Positions 11,134 through 19,855 are shown, numbered from the stretch's first letter. The stretch: DNA of 64,000 nucleotides from Dehalococcoidia bacterium (GCA_965203985.1 CBDBDS010000006.1:16588-80587); one strand, 5' to 3'. The notes: a model not told the origin generated them from the sequence alone. Translations and numbers: made by a program.

Positions 11134-11322
11134 TTATGTTCCTAACCATAGAAAGACGGCTAGAAAGACGAAAATCAAAGTCGCCACAAACGTCAGAGCC
11201 ACCCAACCGAAACCCATCCCGTTGACGATGTACACGACACAGCAGCCCCCTGACGAGGCAGCAAATACGAGCAACATCGCACCAATTGATCGGAGAACCG
11301 TTTGTCGGTGATTCATACGCAC
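11134..11322 (-). CDS. small two-TM membrane protein (hypothetical)
   Basis: 62-aa ORF with two hydrophobic helices in a lower-GC patch, co-oriented with its neighbours. A competing plus-strand ORF 11010..11225 exists. Confidence 0.35.
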   Translation of the reverse strand: MRMNHRQTVLRSIGAMLLVFAASSGGCCVVYIVNGMGFGWVALTFVATLIFVFLAVFLWLGT

Positions 11323-11353
11323 ATCTGGTCAGCAGGGTAATGTCTGCACGGTA

Positions 11354-12514
11354 TCACAGTCGGATCGCCTGGCAGTGGGACAGGACCAAGCGGATTCCCG
11401 TGATATCCCACTTCGCCACGGTGTGTACCGGCTGGCCCGGGCTCGTAATCGTCGCGGTCAGCACCGGCCGTTTGGCTCCCACCTCAAACGGCTGCGAGAA
11501 AACTTCTCGAATCGCCATACGCAACTCACCCAGCGATCCGGGGTTAATCTCAGTGCGGTCGGACAGAAGGATCCATTCGCCCCCGATGTTTGCCAGGGGC
11601 GGCGGGCCGTACTTGGGTGGCTTCTCGGGGTTGATGGTGTCTACATAGAAGGCGAGGCTGATGCGCACGCTCCGGTGGGTCCGGCTACGGAGCAGGTCCA
11701 CCAGCATCTGTGGGGTGGGTTCGCCATCAAGGGACGGGGACCCTGTGCCGACAAACCAACGGTCTTCCACCTCGTCCCAAATCTCGTCCAGGTCATCCTG
11801 ATCCCTGGGCGTCAACCGAAGCTCGTCCATAAACTCGATCAGTCCATCGGTGTATTCCAGCAGGGCGTAGTAGGGGATGTCGCGATATTGGCTGAAAGGG
11901 TCACGAGATGAATTTGGGCGTTCCGATGACGCCGCCGTGATGGGGTGGTGCCAGTTGATGTACATCGTGCGGCGGCCGCGGTAGTCACACTCGTAGGTGA
12001 GCGTTGGTGGTCGGTCTCCAAACTCGTAGTCCAGGGCCTCGATCTGGAACAAATATTTGTCCAGTTGAGCGTATTGTTTTCGCTCCATTCTCCAGGGGTG
12101 GAACCGTGACGTTTCCGGAGATATCGGCGTGGGAGTTGGAGCCGCAGTCGGGGCCGGAGTCTGGACGGGCTCGGGCGTAGCGGTGGGGGTGTCCGACGGG
12201 CTGACGGTAGGAGCGGGTGCTGGGGTCGGCGTGGCTTCCGCGGTCCGGGTGACTGGCACCTCGCGGGTTACCTCGACGGTCTGTGGGACTGCCACTTCGC
12301 GAGTGACTTCAAGCGTTTCTTGGACCACGACGGTGACGGGAACTTCCTTTGTCACCGGCACCTCGCGGGTGATCTCGACAGTATTATTCACCTCCACGGT
12401 GACCGGCACCTCGCGCGTGACTTCCACTTCGAGTATTTCCGGCTGCCCGGTGCATCCCACTGCGGCCAGTAGCAGGGCCACACTGATAGAGACGATGGTG
12501 GTTCTGGTCAGCAT
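11354..12514 (-). CDS. lipoprotein with EVTREVPVT tandem repeats and a Pro/Thr/Ala linker
   Basis: Lipobox LLAAVGC after a signal sequence. It has repeated (E)VTREVPVT units. AAGGAG SD upstream. Confidence 0.7.
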   Translation of the reverse strand: MLTRTTIVSISVALLLAAVGCTGQPEILEVEVTREVPVTVEVNNTVEITREVPVTKEVPVTVVVQETLEVTREVAVPQTVEVTREVPVTRTAEATPTPAPAPTVSPSDTPTATPEPVQTPAPTAAPTPTPISPETSRFHPWRMERKQYAQLDKYLFQIEALDYEFGDRPPTLTYECDYRGRRTMYINWHHPITAASSERPNSSRDPFSQYRDIPYYALLEYTDGLIEFMDELRLTPRDQDDLDEIWDEVEDRWFVGTGSPSLDGEPTPQMLVDLLRSRTHRSVRISLAFYVDTINPEKPPKYGPPPLANIGGEWILLSDRTEINPGSLGELRMAIREVFSQPFEVGAKRPVLTATITSPGQPVHTVAKWDITGIRLVLSHCQAIRL

Positions 12515-12548
12515 CGATGTACTCCTTCGATGTGGTGCTCGTTGATAG

Positions 12549-14288
12549 TTATGAGTGCCAGCACACGACGATGCCGTCGGTGCGCAGGGCGCAGGTCTTA
12601 TGTAAGCCAGTGCTTACCGCTTTGAAAATGCCGTCTGTGGGAGTGTCTTCTATTTGGTGGTCATAGCCCCAACAAACCAATTTGCCATCGGTTCCAACCC
12701 CGCAATTGACGAACTCAGACGCGCTCACGGACTGGAATGTGCCGGCAGGAGGCGGAAACTCAGTGTACCCCCAACAGAAAATACGCCCGTCCGTCATGAC
12801 CCCGCAGGCGTGATTGCCTGCGGTGGAAACTGAGCGGAAGGTTCCCTGAGGTGATGGGATGCCACGGCCCCAGCAGTAGATACGTCCGTCTGTCAGTACC
12901 CCGCAGGTGTGGTAGTACGCTCCAGCGCTAACGGACTGAAAAGTGCCTGTGGGCGATTCTGTCGCGCCTTGATTGTTTTTACCCCAGCACTCCACTATGC
13001 CATTGGGCCGTACTCCGCAGGTGTAATCCCCGCCGGCGCTTATAGATGAGAAAGCACCAGATGGAGGATTGGCCTGGCCGTCAGTGTTCGCACCCCAACA
13101 GGACACTTCGCCGGTCACCGTAATGCCGCACGCATGGTCCCAACCCGAACTCACAGTTGTGAATTTTCCAGTCGGAGGTACCGCTGCGTCGTCGTATGTT
13201 GGGCTCCAGCACTTGATATCGCCGTCTGTCAGCACTCCGCAGACGAAACCATGGCCAACACTGATCGACTGAAAAGTTCCCGCCCGTGGTGTTTCACGGT
13301 ATTCCGGCTCCCAGCATACGATGTTGTCATCGGTTTGCAGTCCGCAGATTTGCCATCCGACCTCTACCGACGAAAAGGTGGTGGTCTGCGGTATTTTCCA
13401 ATCGTACTCTGCTGCACTCCAGCATGCGACAGTGCCGTCCGTCCGTATCCCGCAACTGTACGACCTGCCAACGCTGATGTTTTGAAACGTTCCATGCGGC
13501 ACTAGAGAGGATGTTTGCTGACCGTTACTCCAACAAACGACCTCGCCGTCAGTCAGTAGGCCACAGGTGTACGACGACACGATACCCGGGTTTGAGTTCA
13601 CGTTGACCGACGTGCTGACCGACTGGAAATGTCCATCGGGCAAAGTTGTTGGGCCATGATAGCCTTGCCCCCAGCACTTGATGGTCCCGTCAACCTTGAC
13701 CCCGCAACTGTATGCACTGCCTGCGCTGACCGCAAGAAAAGAACCGGCTGGAGGTGTAGCCTGCCCGGCATCGTTCATTCCCCAGCATTCGATGCTGCCA
13801 TCTTTCTGCTTTATGGCACAGTTGTGCTGATGGCCTGAAGAGACGGCTTGAAACACTCCGTCGGGCGGTGTCGAGGCACCTTGATAGTTTCTACCCCAGC
13901 AATCGATAGTGCCGTCCATTCGCAATCCGCAGGTATGGTCAGTACCGGCGCTCACGGATGCGAATTGCCCCGTAGGAGGAGTCGCTTCCCCGTATCGGCC
14001 AATGTCAAATCTGGCCACGCACTCTACGGTGCCATAAGTCGTCAATCTGCAGTAGTGAGAATCGCCTACACTAAGGGGTTGGAGTTGTCGTTGGGGACCA
14101 GGCGCAACGACAGTATTCGTTGGCGCAGGAGTGTTGGTCACCGCCTCTTCCGGGTCAGCATCGGCGTTGTTTGGATCATGCGACGGAATGGTCCCGTCAT
14201 AGCAAGCCAGCAGGGCCATGACCATAAGGCAGACGAACGTACTCCGAGAAACGATCGCGGCCGACTCCCGCGGCCTGCGTCGGATCAC
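12549..14288 (-). CDS. RCC1-repeat (beta-propeller) lipoprotein
   Basis: More than 10 repeats of the type G.V.CWG.N..GQ..PP.G.F..VS.G..H.CG. A GTG at 14288 gives the signal MIRRRPRESAAIVSRSTFVCLMVMALLAC (lipobox LLAC). The track ORF start at 14720 is an over-extension. Confidence 0.8.
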   Translation of the reverse strand: MIRRRPRESAAIVSRSTFVCLMVMALLACYDGTIPSHDPNNADADPEEAVTNTPAPTNTVVAPGPQRQLQPLSVGDSHYCRLTTYGTVECVARFDIGRYGEATPPTGQFASVSAGTDHTCGLRMDGTIDCWGRNYQGASTPPDGVFQAVSSGHQHNCAIKQKDGSIECWGMNDAGQATPPAGSFLAVSAGSAYSCGVKVDGTIKCWGQGYHGPTTLPDGHFQSVSTSVNVNSNPGIVSSYTCGLLTDGEVVCWSNGQQTSSLVPHGTFQNISVGRSYSCGIRTDGTVACWSAAEYDWKIPQTTTFSSVEVGWQICGLQTDDNIVCWEPEYRETPRAGTFQSISVGHGFVCGVLTDGDIKCWSPTYDDAAVPPTGKFTTVSSGWDHACGITVTGEVSCWGANTDGQANPPSGAFSSISAGGDYTCGVRPNGIVECWGKNNQGATESPTGTFQSVSAGAYYHTCGVLTDGRIYCWGRGIPSPQGTFRSVSTAGNHACGVMTDGRIFCWGYTEFPPPAGTFQSVSASEFVNCGVGTDGKLVCWGYDHQIEDTPTDGIFKAVSTGLHKTCALRTDGIVVCWHS

Positions 14289-14628
14289 GTCTCGGTGTAC
14301 GGAATGGATGAAGCGTGGCACGTGGCACCTCCCTTGCGAACGCCAGGTAGGGGTACTTGCCACAGCATCCCAAAGCCTCGCACAAACTCCACAAGGAAGG
14401 CACGGAGGCCCCTTGTTGGCGCAACGATTCATGCGAGGTACGCCCCTGAGACAATTCCGACAGGGACGCACGGCAAGGTATTTAGGATGCTGTGGCGTTG
14501 CCACGATAGCGCGGCGTTCTATCAGTGTCAACGCCGGTCCGCCCTGTGGAAATATCGCCCTGAAGAATGGAGTAGCGGAATCAGTTCCTTTCAAGGCTGC
14601 GCCAAATCCCTGCGACTTCGAACTAACG

Positions 14629-14946
14629 TCATCCCTTCTGGACCGATAGGCGCTGCCAGAGGCGGCAGACCACCCAGGCGGTTGCGGCGCTTGGGATTGG
14701 CAACGCAAAAACGCCCGCATCGGTCACCAGGTTGTTGGGAAGAGTGAGGACCACGATCCAATACCACCCGATGGAGCAGGCCACCCCTACCGTTCCTCCC
14801 ACCAATCCGGCGACCGGGCCCTTTTGCCAGGTCATGCCTGCCATGCGCCGGACGGACGTCAAAATGGTCACCAATGCCGGAACGCACGTCCGGAGTAGCA
14901 CCAGCCACCAGAGGAAAAACAGCAGGAAGAAATAGGTGCTCATCAC
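14629..14946 (-). CDS. small membrane protein (about 3 TM), hypothetical
   Basis: 105-aa hydrophobic ORF (MMSTYFFLLFFLWWLVLL...). It occupies the space freed once the RCC1 gene start is moved to 14288. Confidence 0.45.
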   Translation of the reverse strand: MMSTYFFLLFFLWWLVLLRTCVPALVTILTSVRRMAGMTWQKGPVAGLVGGTVGVACSIGWYWIVVLTLPNNLVTDAGVFALPIPSAATAWVVCRLWQRLSVQKG

Positions 14947-15189
14947 GCTTGCACGGATCTGAATGCCGGCGTCGGCCCAAGTCCCGGCCGCAGGTCATTA
15001 GATGAGAGTGTCCTGCTGGACGTGAGTCAACGAGCGTTCATCTGACCTGCGGCCTTGCACTCCTTGGCGGTCATGAGCAGATTGCGCCGCGCTGCGATGC
15101 CCAAGCCTTGACAAGCGGAGCAGTGGGTGTTGAGAAATCGGTTCGAGTCCGATTTGACAGCTGTAAACCAGTCAGTTTACGGTACAGTT

Positions 15190-15221
15190 GCGGCAGGGGA
15201 ATTTGCAGACTCCCCTGCCGC
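15190..15221. other. perfect 11-bp GC-rich stem-loop upstream of the transposase
   Basis: GCGGCAGGGGA (15190-15200), 10-nt loop, TCCCCTGCCGC (15211-15221). No U-tract on either strand. Confidence 0.6.
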
Positions 15222-15433
15222 GATCAACCGGAGCAGGTTCTGCCGTAACGCCGTCCCCGCTCCCTGGAGGTGAGAGCTATGCTGCATCGCATAGCCGCTC
15301 TGCAGTGGATGAGGCGGTGTCGGCCTCTTCCATCACTGCGGATCAGTTTACCCATTCCCGGCATCGACGCAAGTCCCGGGTGTCAGCACGCGGGCGATGG
15401 CATCGGATACGCCATTTTTGACGCGCGTCAAAA

Positions 15434-17650
15434 ATGGGACGGTTTCCAGTTGGCGAGTGCTCCACATGCTCCCCTGGAATCGCGCATTGGCGGGAGGGGG
15501 TGTGCATGACGACTCCACCTGGGGCGTCAACGGTGGCGGGCCGCACAAATGTCAGACAGCCGGATCGTCGCCGTCGTGTGAGGTCAGCAGAGCACAAGGC
15601 TCGCAGGGCTGTGAAGGAAAAGAGGCGGCGCGTTGACCTAAAGACAAGGGGCCTATGCAAGGGTTGCATGGATCCCGTGCCGTCCGGGCACACCTACTGT
15701 GATCGGTGCCGCGCCGCAGCACGGGATCGTCGGGCTGACCTGAAGCGGCGAGGGATATGTGTCAGGTGTAAGGGAGCTGTATCTACCGAACGGGTCCATT
15801 GCGATGAGTGCCTCGCCGCAATGCGGGAGGTGCGAGCCGCACGCAAGCAACAGTTGCTGGATGACCTCATGCAGGCCGCTCAAACTGCGAAGGCTTCTGA
15901 GTCACCCTCGGAGACCCTTGACAAGGATAGTACGACGCACTTTGTTGACACGAACGAATGTGCGTATAATGTAGATCAGCAAAACGGCACCGCCGGGCGT
16001 TCACAGCGCCCCGCGGTGCCTGGTCCACTGGAGAGTGAAGGTCTCCTGCGGCCTGGTGGCAGTGTAAAACGGTCAACCGCGGTTAGCAAGCCGCGCAATT
16101 GCGTTTCGTGCCCACGCGATGGGTCTGCACAGTGCCAACTCTCCAAAACATCTTTGGATTTGGGAGGGATGGTACTGATGATAGTCACACCGCGGTATCC
16201 CACCGTCGCACCATGGCCAGGACCGGATGACGGCGACGAAGGTCGTACTGAGAGAGGCTGGCATATCGCTGCCTGCACGCCGTTCGTGAAAGTACCTGGC
16301 GGTTGGGTTACTCAGTCGCAGACGGACCCGAACGTGCGTTACCACCTGTCGTTGGACCAAGACGGAGCCTACTGTAGTTGCCCGGACCAAGCGGCGTCCT
16401 GCAAGCACATCAAGGGCCTTGAGTTCGTGCTGGAGCGGGAACGGCAGGCCGAAGGGATGATCGCTTCCATACCTGCGGCGCAATCGATACGGGGTCAAGG
16501 ACCTCCAGTCGGACATCAAAAGCCGCCCCATCGAGATGGCAACCGTGACGGCTCGGCCACCGCTGGCACACCGTCCATGGACCTCGATGCGCCAATCCGT
16601 GAGATAGGCGAACGTAGTCCTCGCGGGCCGGATTCGCCGGCACGGAAGAGGATTGCACCGGGTACAGAGGATCGCAAACGACCCACATACCAGCAGGACT
16701 GGCCGGTCTACAATTCGGCGCAAAGAAATGAAAAGGCTCATTTCCGCCATTTGTTGCGCGACCTGGTGGCGCTGGTGGAGGAACCGGTTCATCAGAGAGG
16801 CCGTCGGCCCCATTCATACGCTACCCAGATTTTTGGCTTGGTCTACCAGCAGTACGTGGGCAAGAGTTTGCGAAGATTCGATACTGACCTGCGCGAGGCG
16901 TGCCACAACCATTTCGTCGACGCAGCGCCAAGCACGAGCGCTCTGGCACGGCACATGGACGACCCTGCCTTGACTCCTATTCTGCATGACCTGGTCCTGT
17001 GCAGTGCTCTTCCAATGCGGGGATATGAACGCCGTTTTGCCATCGATGCGACCGGATTCAGCAGCGATAGATTCGCACGTTGGTTCAGCGAAAAATGGGG
17101 GAAGATCAAAGAGCACCGGACTCGTGATTGGGCCAAGCTCCATCTTATCTGTGGTACGGAAACGCAGATCATCACGTGCGCTGAAGTCTCCGATTGGCGT
17201 GACCACGACAACAGGTATTTTGCGCCGCTGGTGGCCGAAACTGCGGCGCATTTCGATGTGCACCAAGTCGCGGCAGACAAGGCGTATACGAGCAGGCGAA
17301 ACATGGTACAGGTGGACGGATTGGGCGCTGCGTTATTCGCGCCCTTCAAGAGCAATGTGGTACCGCCTGTCGCCACTGACGATTCGGCTTGGGCGCGTAT
17401 GCTCCGCCGATTCTTGACGGATTACGAGGGGTGGGCCGACGACTATCACGTACGGAGCAATGTCGAATCCGCCATATCGAGGATGAAGCGGCTTTTCGGA
17501 GACGAACTAAGGTGTCGCAACGTGGTGGCGCAATGCAATGAACTGATGTGCAGAGTCATTGCGCACAACCTAGTCGTTGTCATCTACCAGATGTACGAGC
17601 GCGGCTTGGTGACGGAATCACAACACCCAGAGTTGACGACCGCTGCGTGA
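15434..17650 (+). CDS. DDE transposase (IS4/IS5-type catalytic domain) with SWIM zinc finger and N-terminal double zinc-ribbon
   Basis: The C-terminal signature YHVRSNVESAISRMK fits Y-2-R-3-E-6-K. D-containing blocks FAIDATGF and VAADKAYTS are present. SWIM-like CSCPDQAASCKHIKG. Two CxxC...CxxC motifs near the N-terminus. A start at 15506 (GGGAGGGGG SD) is more likely than 15434. Confidence 0.85.
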   Translation: MGRFPVGECSTCSPGIAHWREGVCMTTPPGASTVAGRTNVRQPDRRRRVRSAEHKARRAVKEKRRRVDLKTRGLCKGCMDPVPSGHTYCDRCRAAARDRRADLKRRGICVRCKGAVSTERVHCDECLAAMREVRAARKQQLLDDLMQAAQTAKASESPSETLDKDSTTHFVDTNECAYNVDQQNGTAGRSQRPAVPGPLESEGLLRPGGSVKRSTAVSKPRNCVSCPRDGSAQCQLSKTSLDLGGMVLMIVTPRYPTVAPWPGPDDGDEGRTERGWHIAACTPFVKVPGGWVTQSQTDPNVRYHLSLDQDGAYCSCPDQAASCKHIKGLEFVLERERQAEGMIASIPAAQSIRGQGPPVGHQKPPHRDGNRDGSATAGTPSMDLDAPIREIGERSPRGPDSPARKRIAPGTEDRKRPTYQQDWPVYNSAQRNEKAHFRHLLRDLVALVEEPVHQRGRRPHSYATQIFGLVYQQYVGKSLRRFDTDLREACHNHFVDAAPSTSALARHMDDPALTPILHDLVLCSALPMRGYERRFAIDATGFSSDRFARWFSEKWGKIKEHRTRDWAKLHLICGTETQIITCAEVSDWRDHDNRYFAPLVAETAAHFDVHQVAADKAYTSRRNMVQVDGLGAALFAPFKSNVVPPVATDDSAWARMLRRFLTDYEGWADDYHVRSNVESAISRMKRLFGDELRCRNVVAQCNELMCRVIAHNLVVVIYQMYERGLVTESQHPELTTAA

Positions 17651-17695
17651 CGCATCGAGCGCTATCACGCGCTCGGTTTCCACCGAGGTCGGTCT

Positions 17696-17739
17696 AGTGA
17701 GGCCGATTGGCAACAGCGAGGTTCCCAATCGGCCTCACT
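17696..17739 (+). other. perfect 15-bp stem-loop after the transposase gene
   Basis: AGTGAGGCCGATTGG (17696-17710), 14-nt loop, CCAATCGGCCTCACT (17725-17739). No U-tract, so the terminator role is uncertain. Confidence 0.5.
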
Positions 17740-17795
17740 GATATTCGCTCGATTGATCCTGGCAGGCGGTCTACCCGCGGCTGGACGGCCGCTTT

Positions 17796-17934
17796 TATTA
17801 TGGGACAGATTGGCCTGCATTTCGGGACAAGCCAGCCCATTTCGGGACAGGGTGTATCATTATGGGACAGACCCAGGCCATTACGGGACAGACCAGCCCA
17901 TTATGGGACGAACGGGTGTTTTTAGACAAAGCCG
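17796..17934. repeat. right-end repeat array of the transposon (seven direct copies, ~20-bp period)
   Basis: The GGGAC cores start at 17802, 17824, 17844, 17864, 17885 and 17905. A degenerate terminal copy (TAGAC) lies at 17923. Consensus is CCATTATGGGACAG, and all copies are on the plus strand. Confidence 0.85.
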
Positions 17935-18256
17935 CAGAGCCCCCTAATTCTGTGAAGCTAACAACCAATGTTTTTTCGCCACTGTCATATACAAGCTCTC
18001 CAACAACAAGGGTATATCCCTCATACGGAAATCTGTCGGGCGTCAGCGCAGCATCGCAAGCGGCCATTTGAGAAGTGCCGCCACTGCAACCAAACTGCGT
18101 GTTGATGCCTGTGTGCTGATCCATCGTCAGCGTGCCGGTCCAGATGGTGGTCTGCGCCTCGGCATGCGCGGGGGCGAACAGCGAGAGCGCGCCGAGCAGT
18201 AGCGCGAGGAGGGGAAGAAGGGAGAGACGGCGGAGGATTAGGCTAGAGCGAAAGTC
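17935..18256 (-). pseudogene. N-proximal piece of the interrupted surface-protein gene (signal peptide + start of first domain)
   Basis: This piece is in frame with ORF 17798..18124. It reads DFRSSLILRRLSLLPLLALLLGALSLFAPAHAEAQTTIWTGTL...VSFTELGGSA. The apparent C-terminus (17798-17934) is read-through into the transposon repeat array. Confidence 0.8.
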
Positions 18257-18271
18257 GGGGGGGGGGGGGGG
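18257..18271. repeat. G15 homopolymer flanking the IS (left)
   Basis: 15 consecutive G immediately before the IS inverted repeat. Confidence 0.9.
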
Positions 18272-19617
18272 CTTAGAGGGGTAGGTAAGCGGTGTTACGG
18301 GGGCGCATGATGGGTGATCTCCAAGCCTTCCTTGGGTTCCGGCCAGGGCTCGGGCAGCAGCCAGACGCGGCTCCAGAGACGACCCTTGAGCATCAGCCGC
18401 CTGAGCCAGTTGATGCCGTGGCGGATCACGCTGACGGTGCGCGCCGGGCGAGTCCGAGGGTCCCGGTGATTGGAAGCCACTGCCTTGGGCGGCGCCCGCA
18501 GGTTGCCTGGGGCAATGCCGAGGTCATTGGCGTCCTCCACCCTGGTGCCGTAGCCCAGGGCCAGCAGCGTCGCCACCGAAAGCACCAGCCAGTGGCGGGA
18601 GATGCGGGTAGGGTCCGTTCTCCTGGTCTTGTCCCACTTCCAGCCCAGGCTCTTGAGGGCCTTGAAGCCCAGCTCGATCCAGAAGCGCAGGGCGTACCAA
18701 CTGGGTCCCACCTTATCGGGCGCCAGGTCGGTGAGGATGATCCAGGGTTCTTCCTGCTCGGCGTACCAGACGGCCAGCAGGGTGCAACGGCGCTGGGCGG
18801 TTGGGGCGCCGAAGGCGGTGCCACGGCCAATCCAGGCCGTGTCGGGAACGGAGACGAAGCGCTGGGCGGGCAATCGTTTGCCGCCGTCGGCGCAGAAGGT
18901 GATGTTCTTCCGGTAGCGCATACAGGGATGCCAGCCCTGGGCGCGTATTTGTTGCCACAGCTTGGGACTGGATATGCCCCGGTCGCAGAGGACGATTACG
19001 GTCATTCCCTTTGGAACCGCTGGGGCCAGTTCCCTGAGCAGTTCCACCGTGGGGTCCATCCAGGAGCCTTTCTGGGTGGCGCGGTGGATGCTCCAGGCCA
19101 CGGGAATGGCGCAACTGCGATAGACCACGCTGATGACGATGGCAGTGGTCTGGTCGCCCTTGAGCGTGGGGTCAATGGCCAGGGCGAGACGCTCGGAACG
19201 CCACCAGGCGAGCACCCATCGGAGCAGGGGCGCGAAGCAGAGAGTTACGTCCAGTTGGGTCTGGCAGGGACTGGTCCGGTCGCTGCCGTCGTAGAGCCAT
19301 TCGCGGAGATACTGGCGCAGGTTGTTCCACTTGTGCCAGGGGGAGAGGGCGGAGGCGACGGCGTTCTGACAGGCGCTGCCGGCCAGGATGGCTCCGCAAA
19401 CCCACAGCGCCAGACCGGTCAATTGTGGCTGGGAGAGGTGAGGTAAATGAGTTTCAATAGTCTGCTGAATCTGATAAGTTTCTCTGGGAAGGCGCATCGG
19501 GGGTCTCCTGCATCTGGGCGTGTGAAGAACACCAGAATGCCGGAAGCCGATGCGCCTTCCCAAGTTGATTCCAGAGCCAATTTCAAGGCAATTTCAGCCT
19601 TTACCTACCCCTCTAAG
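18272..19617 (-). mobile_element. IS4-family insertion sequence (1346 bp)
   Basis: 17-bp perfect terminal inverted repeats: CTTAGAGGGGTAGGTAA at 18272-18288 and its reverse complement at 19601-19617. Single transposase ORF. Flanked by G15 and G13. Confidence 0.85.
18295..19563 (-). CDS. IS4-family DDE transposase
   Basis: 422-aa ORF with LALAIDPT, VLCDRG and YALRFWIELGFKALK (Y-2-R-3-E-6-K). The true start is possibly the internal MRLPRETYQ (19497). Confidence 0.85.
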   Translation of the reverse strand: MGRRIGFRHSGVLHTPRCRRPPMRLPRETYQIQQTIETHLPHLSQPQLTGLALWVCGAILAGSACQNAVASALSPWHKWNNLRQYLREWLYDGSDRTSPCQTQLDVTLCFAPLLRWVLAWWRSERLALAIDPTLKGDQTTAIVISVVYRSCAIPVAWSIHRATQKGSWMDPTVELLRELAPAVPKGMTVIVLCDRGISSPKLWQQIRAQGWHPCMRYRKNITFCADGGKRLPAQRFVSVPDTAWIGRGTAFGAPTAQRRCTLLAVWYAEQEEPWIILTDLAPDKVGPSWYALRFWIELGFKALKSLGWKWDKTRRTDPTRISRHWLVLSVATLLALGYGTRVEDANDLGIAPGNLRAPPKAVASNHRDPRTRPARTVSVIRHGINWLRRLMLKGRLWSRVWLLPEPWPEPKEGLEITHHAPP

Positions 19618-19630
19618 GGGGGGGGGGGGG
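19618..19630. repeat. G13 homopolymer flanking the IS (right)
   Basis: 13 consecutive G immediately after the IS inverted repeat. Confidence 0.9.
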
Positions 19631-19695
19631 AAGGCAGGCAGGGCCGCCCTCACCAAGCGGCGCAACTTGCTGCTGCTGTCTCTTTCATGGAACAT
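19631..19695 (-). pseudogene. 5' end of the interrupted surface-protein gene
   Basis: The ATG at 19695 reads MFHERDSSSKLRRLVRAALPA then F plus poly-Pro (from the C-run). GAGGAG lies ~11 nt upstream. The frame is compatible with the 18256 piece if the original C-tract length was 13 or 16. Confidence 0.65.
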
Positions 19696-19855
19696 GGCTA
19701 CGCTGTCTCCTCGCTGTGTTTCGACGGTACGGGCGGAGCAGCAGGGAGCAGCTGACCCCGACGGCGGAACGGTTTCTCCGATTGATGCGCCCGGCTGCGC
19801 CGGCAGGCTGCAAGCCGCGCGGTTGGCCGACCGGGAAAACCGCCAATGGGAATAT

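Larger units (their letters stand above)
9336..17934 (+). mobile_element. ~8.6-kb cargo transposon inserted in the surface-protein gene
   Basis: Direct repeat (G)CAGAG at 9330-9335 and 17934-17939. Terminal inverted repeat: CGGCTTTGTC at 9338-9347 and GACAAAGCCG at 17925-17934. Deleting the element plus one repeat copy joins the two gene halves in frame. It carries a DDE transposase (15434..17650) and six minus-strand passenger genes. Confidence 0.75.

Noticed and set aside
14289-14720. N-terminal 144 codons of track ORF 12549..14720
   Set aside because: The sequence is basic and Cys/Arg-rich, unlike the rest. A GTG at 14288 gives a proper lipoprotein signal. The region is better explained by the separate small membrane ORF 14629..14946.
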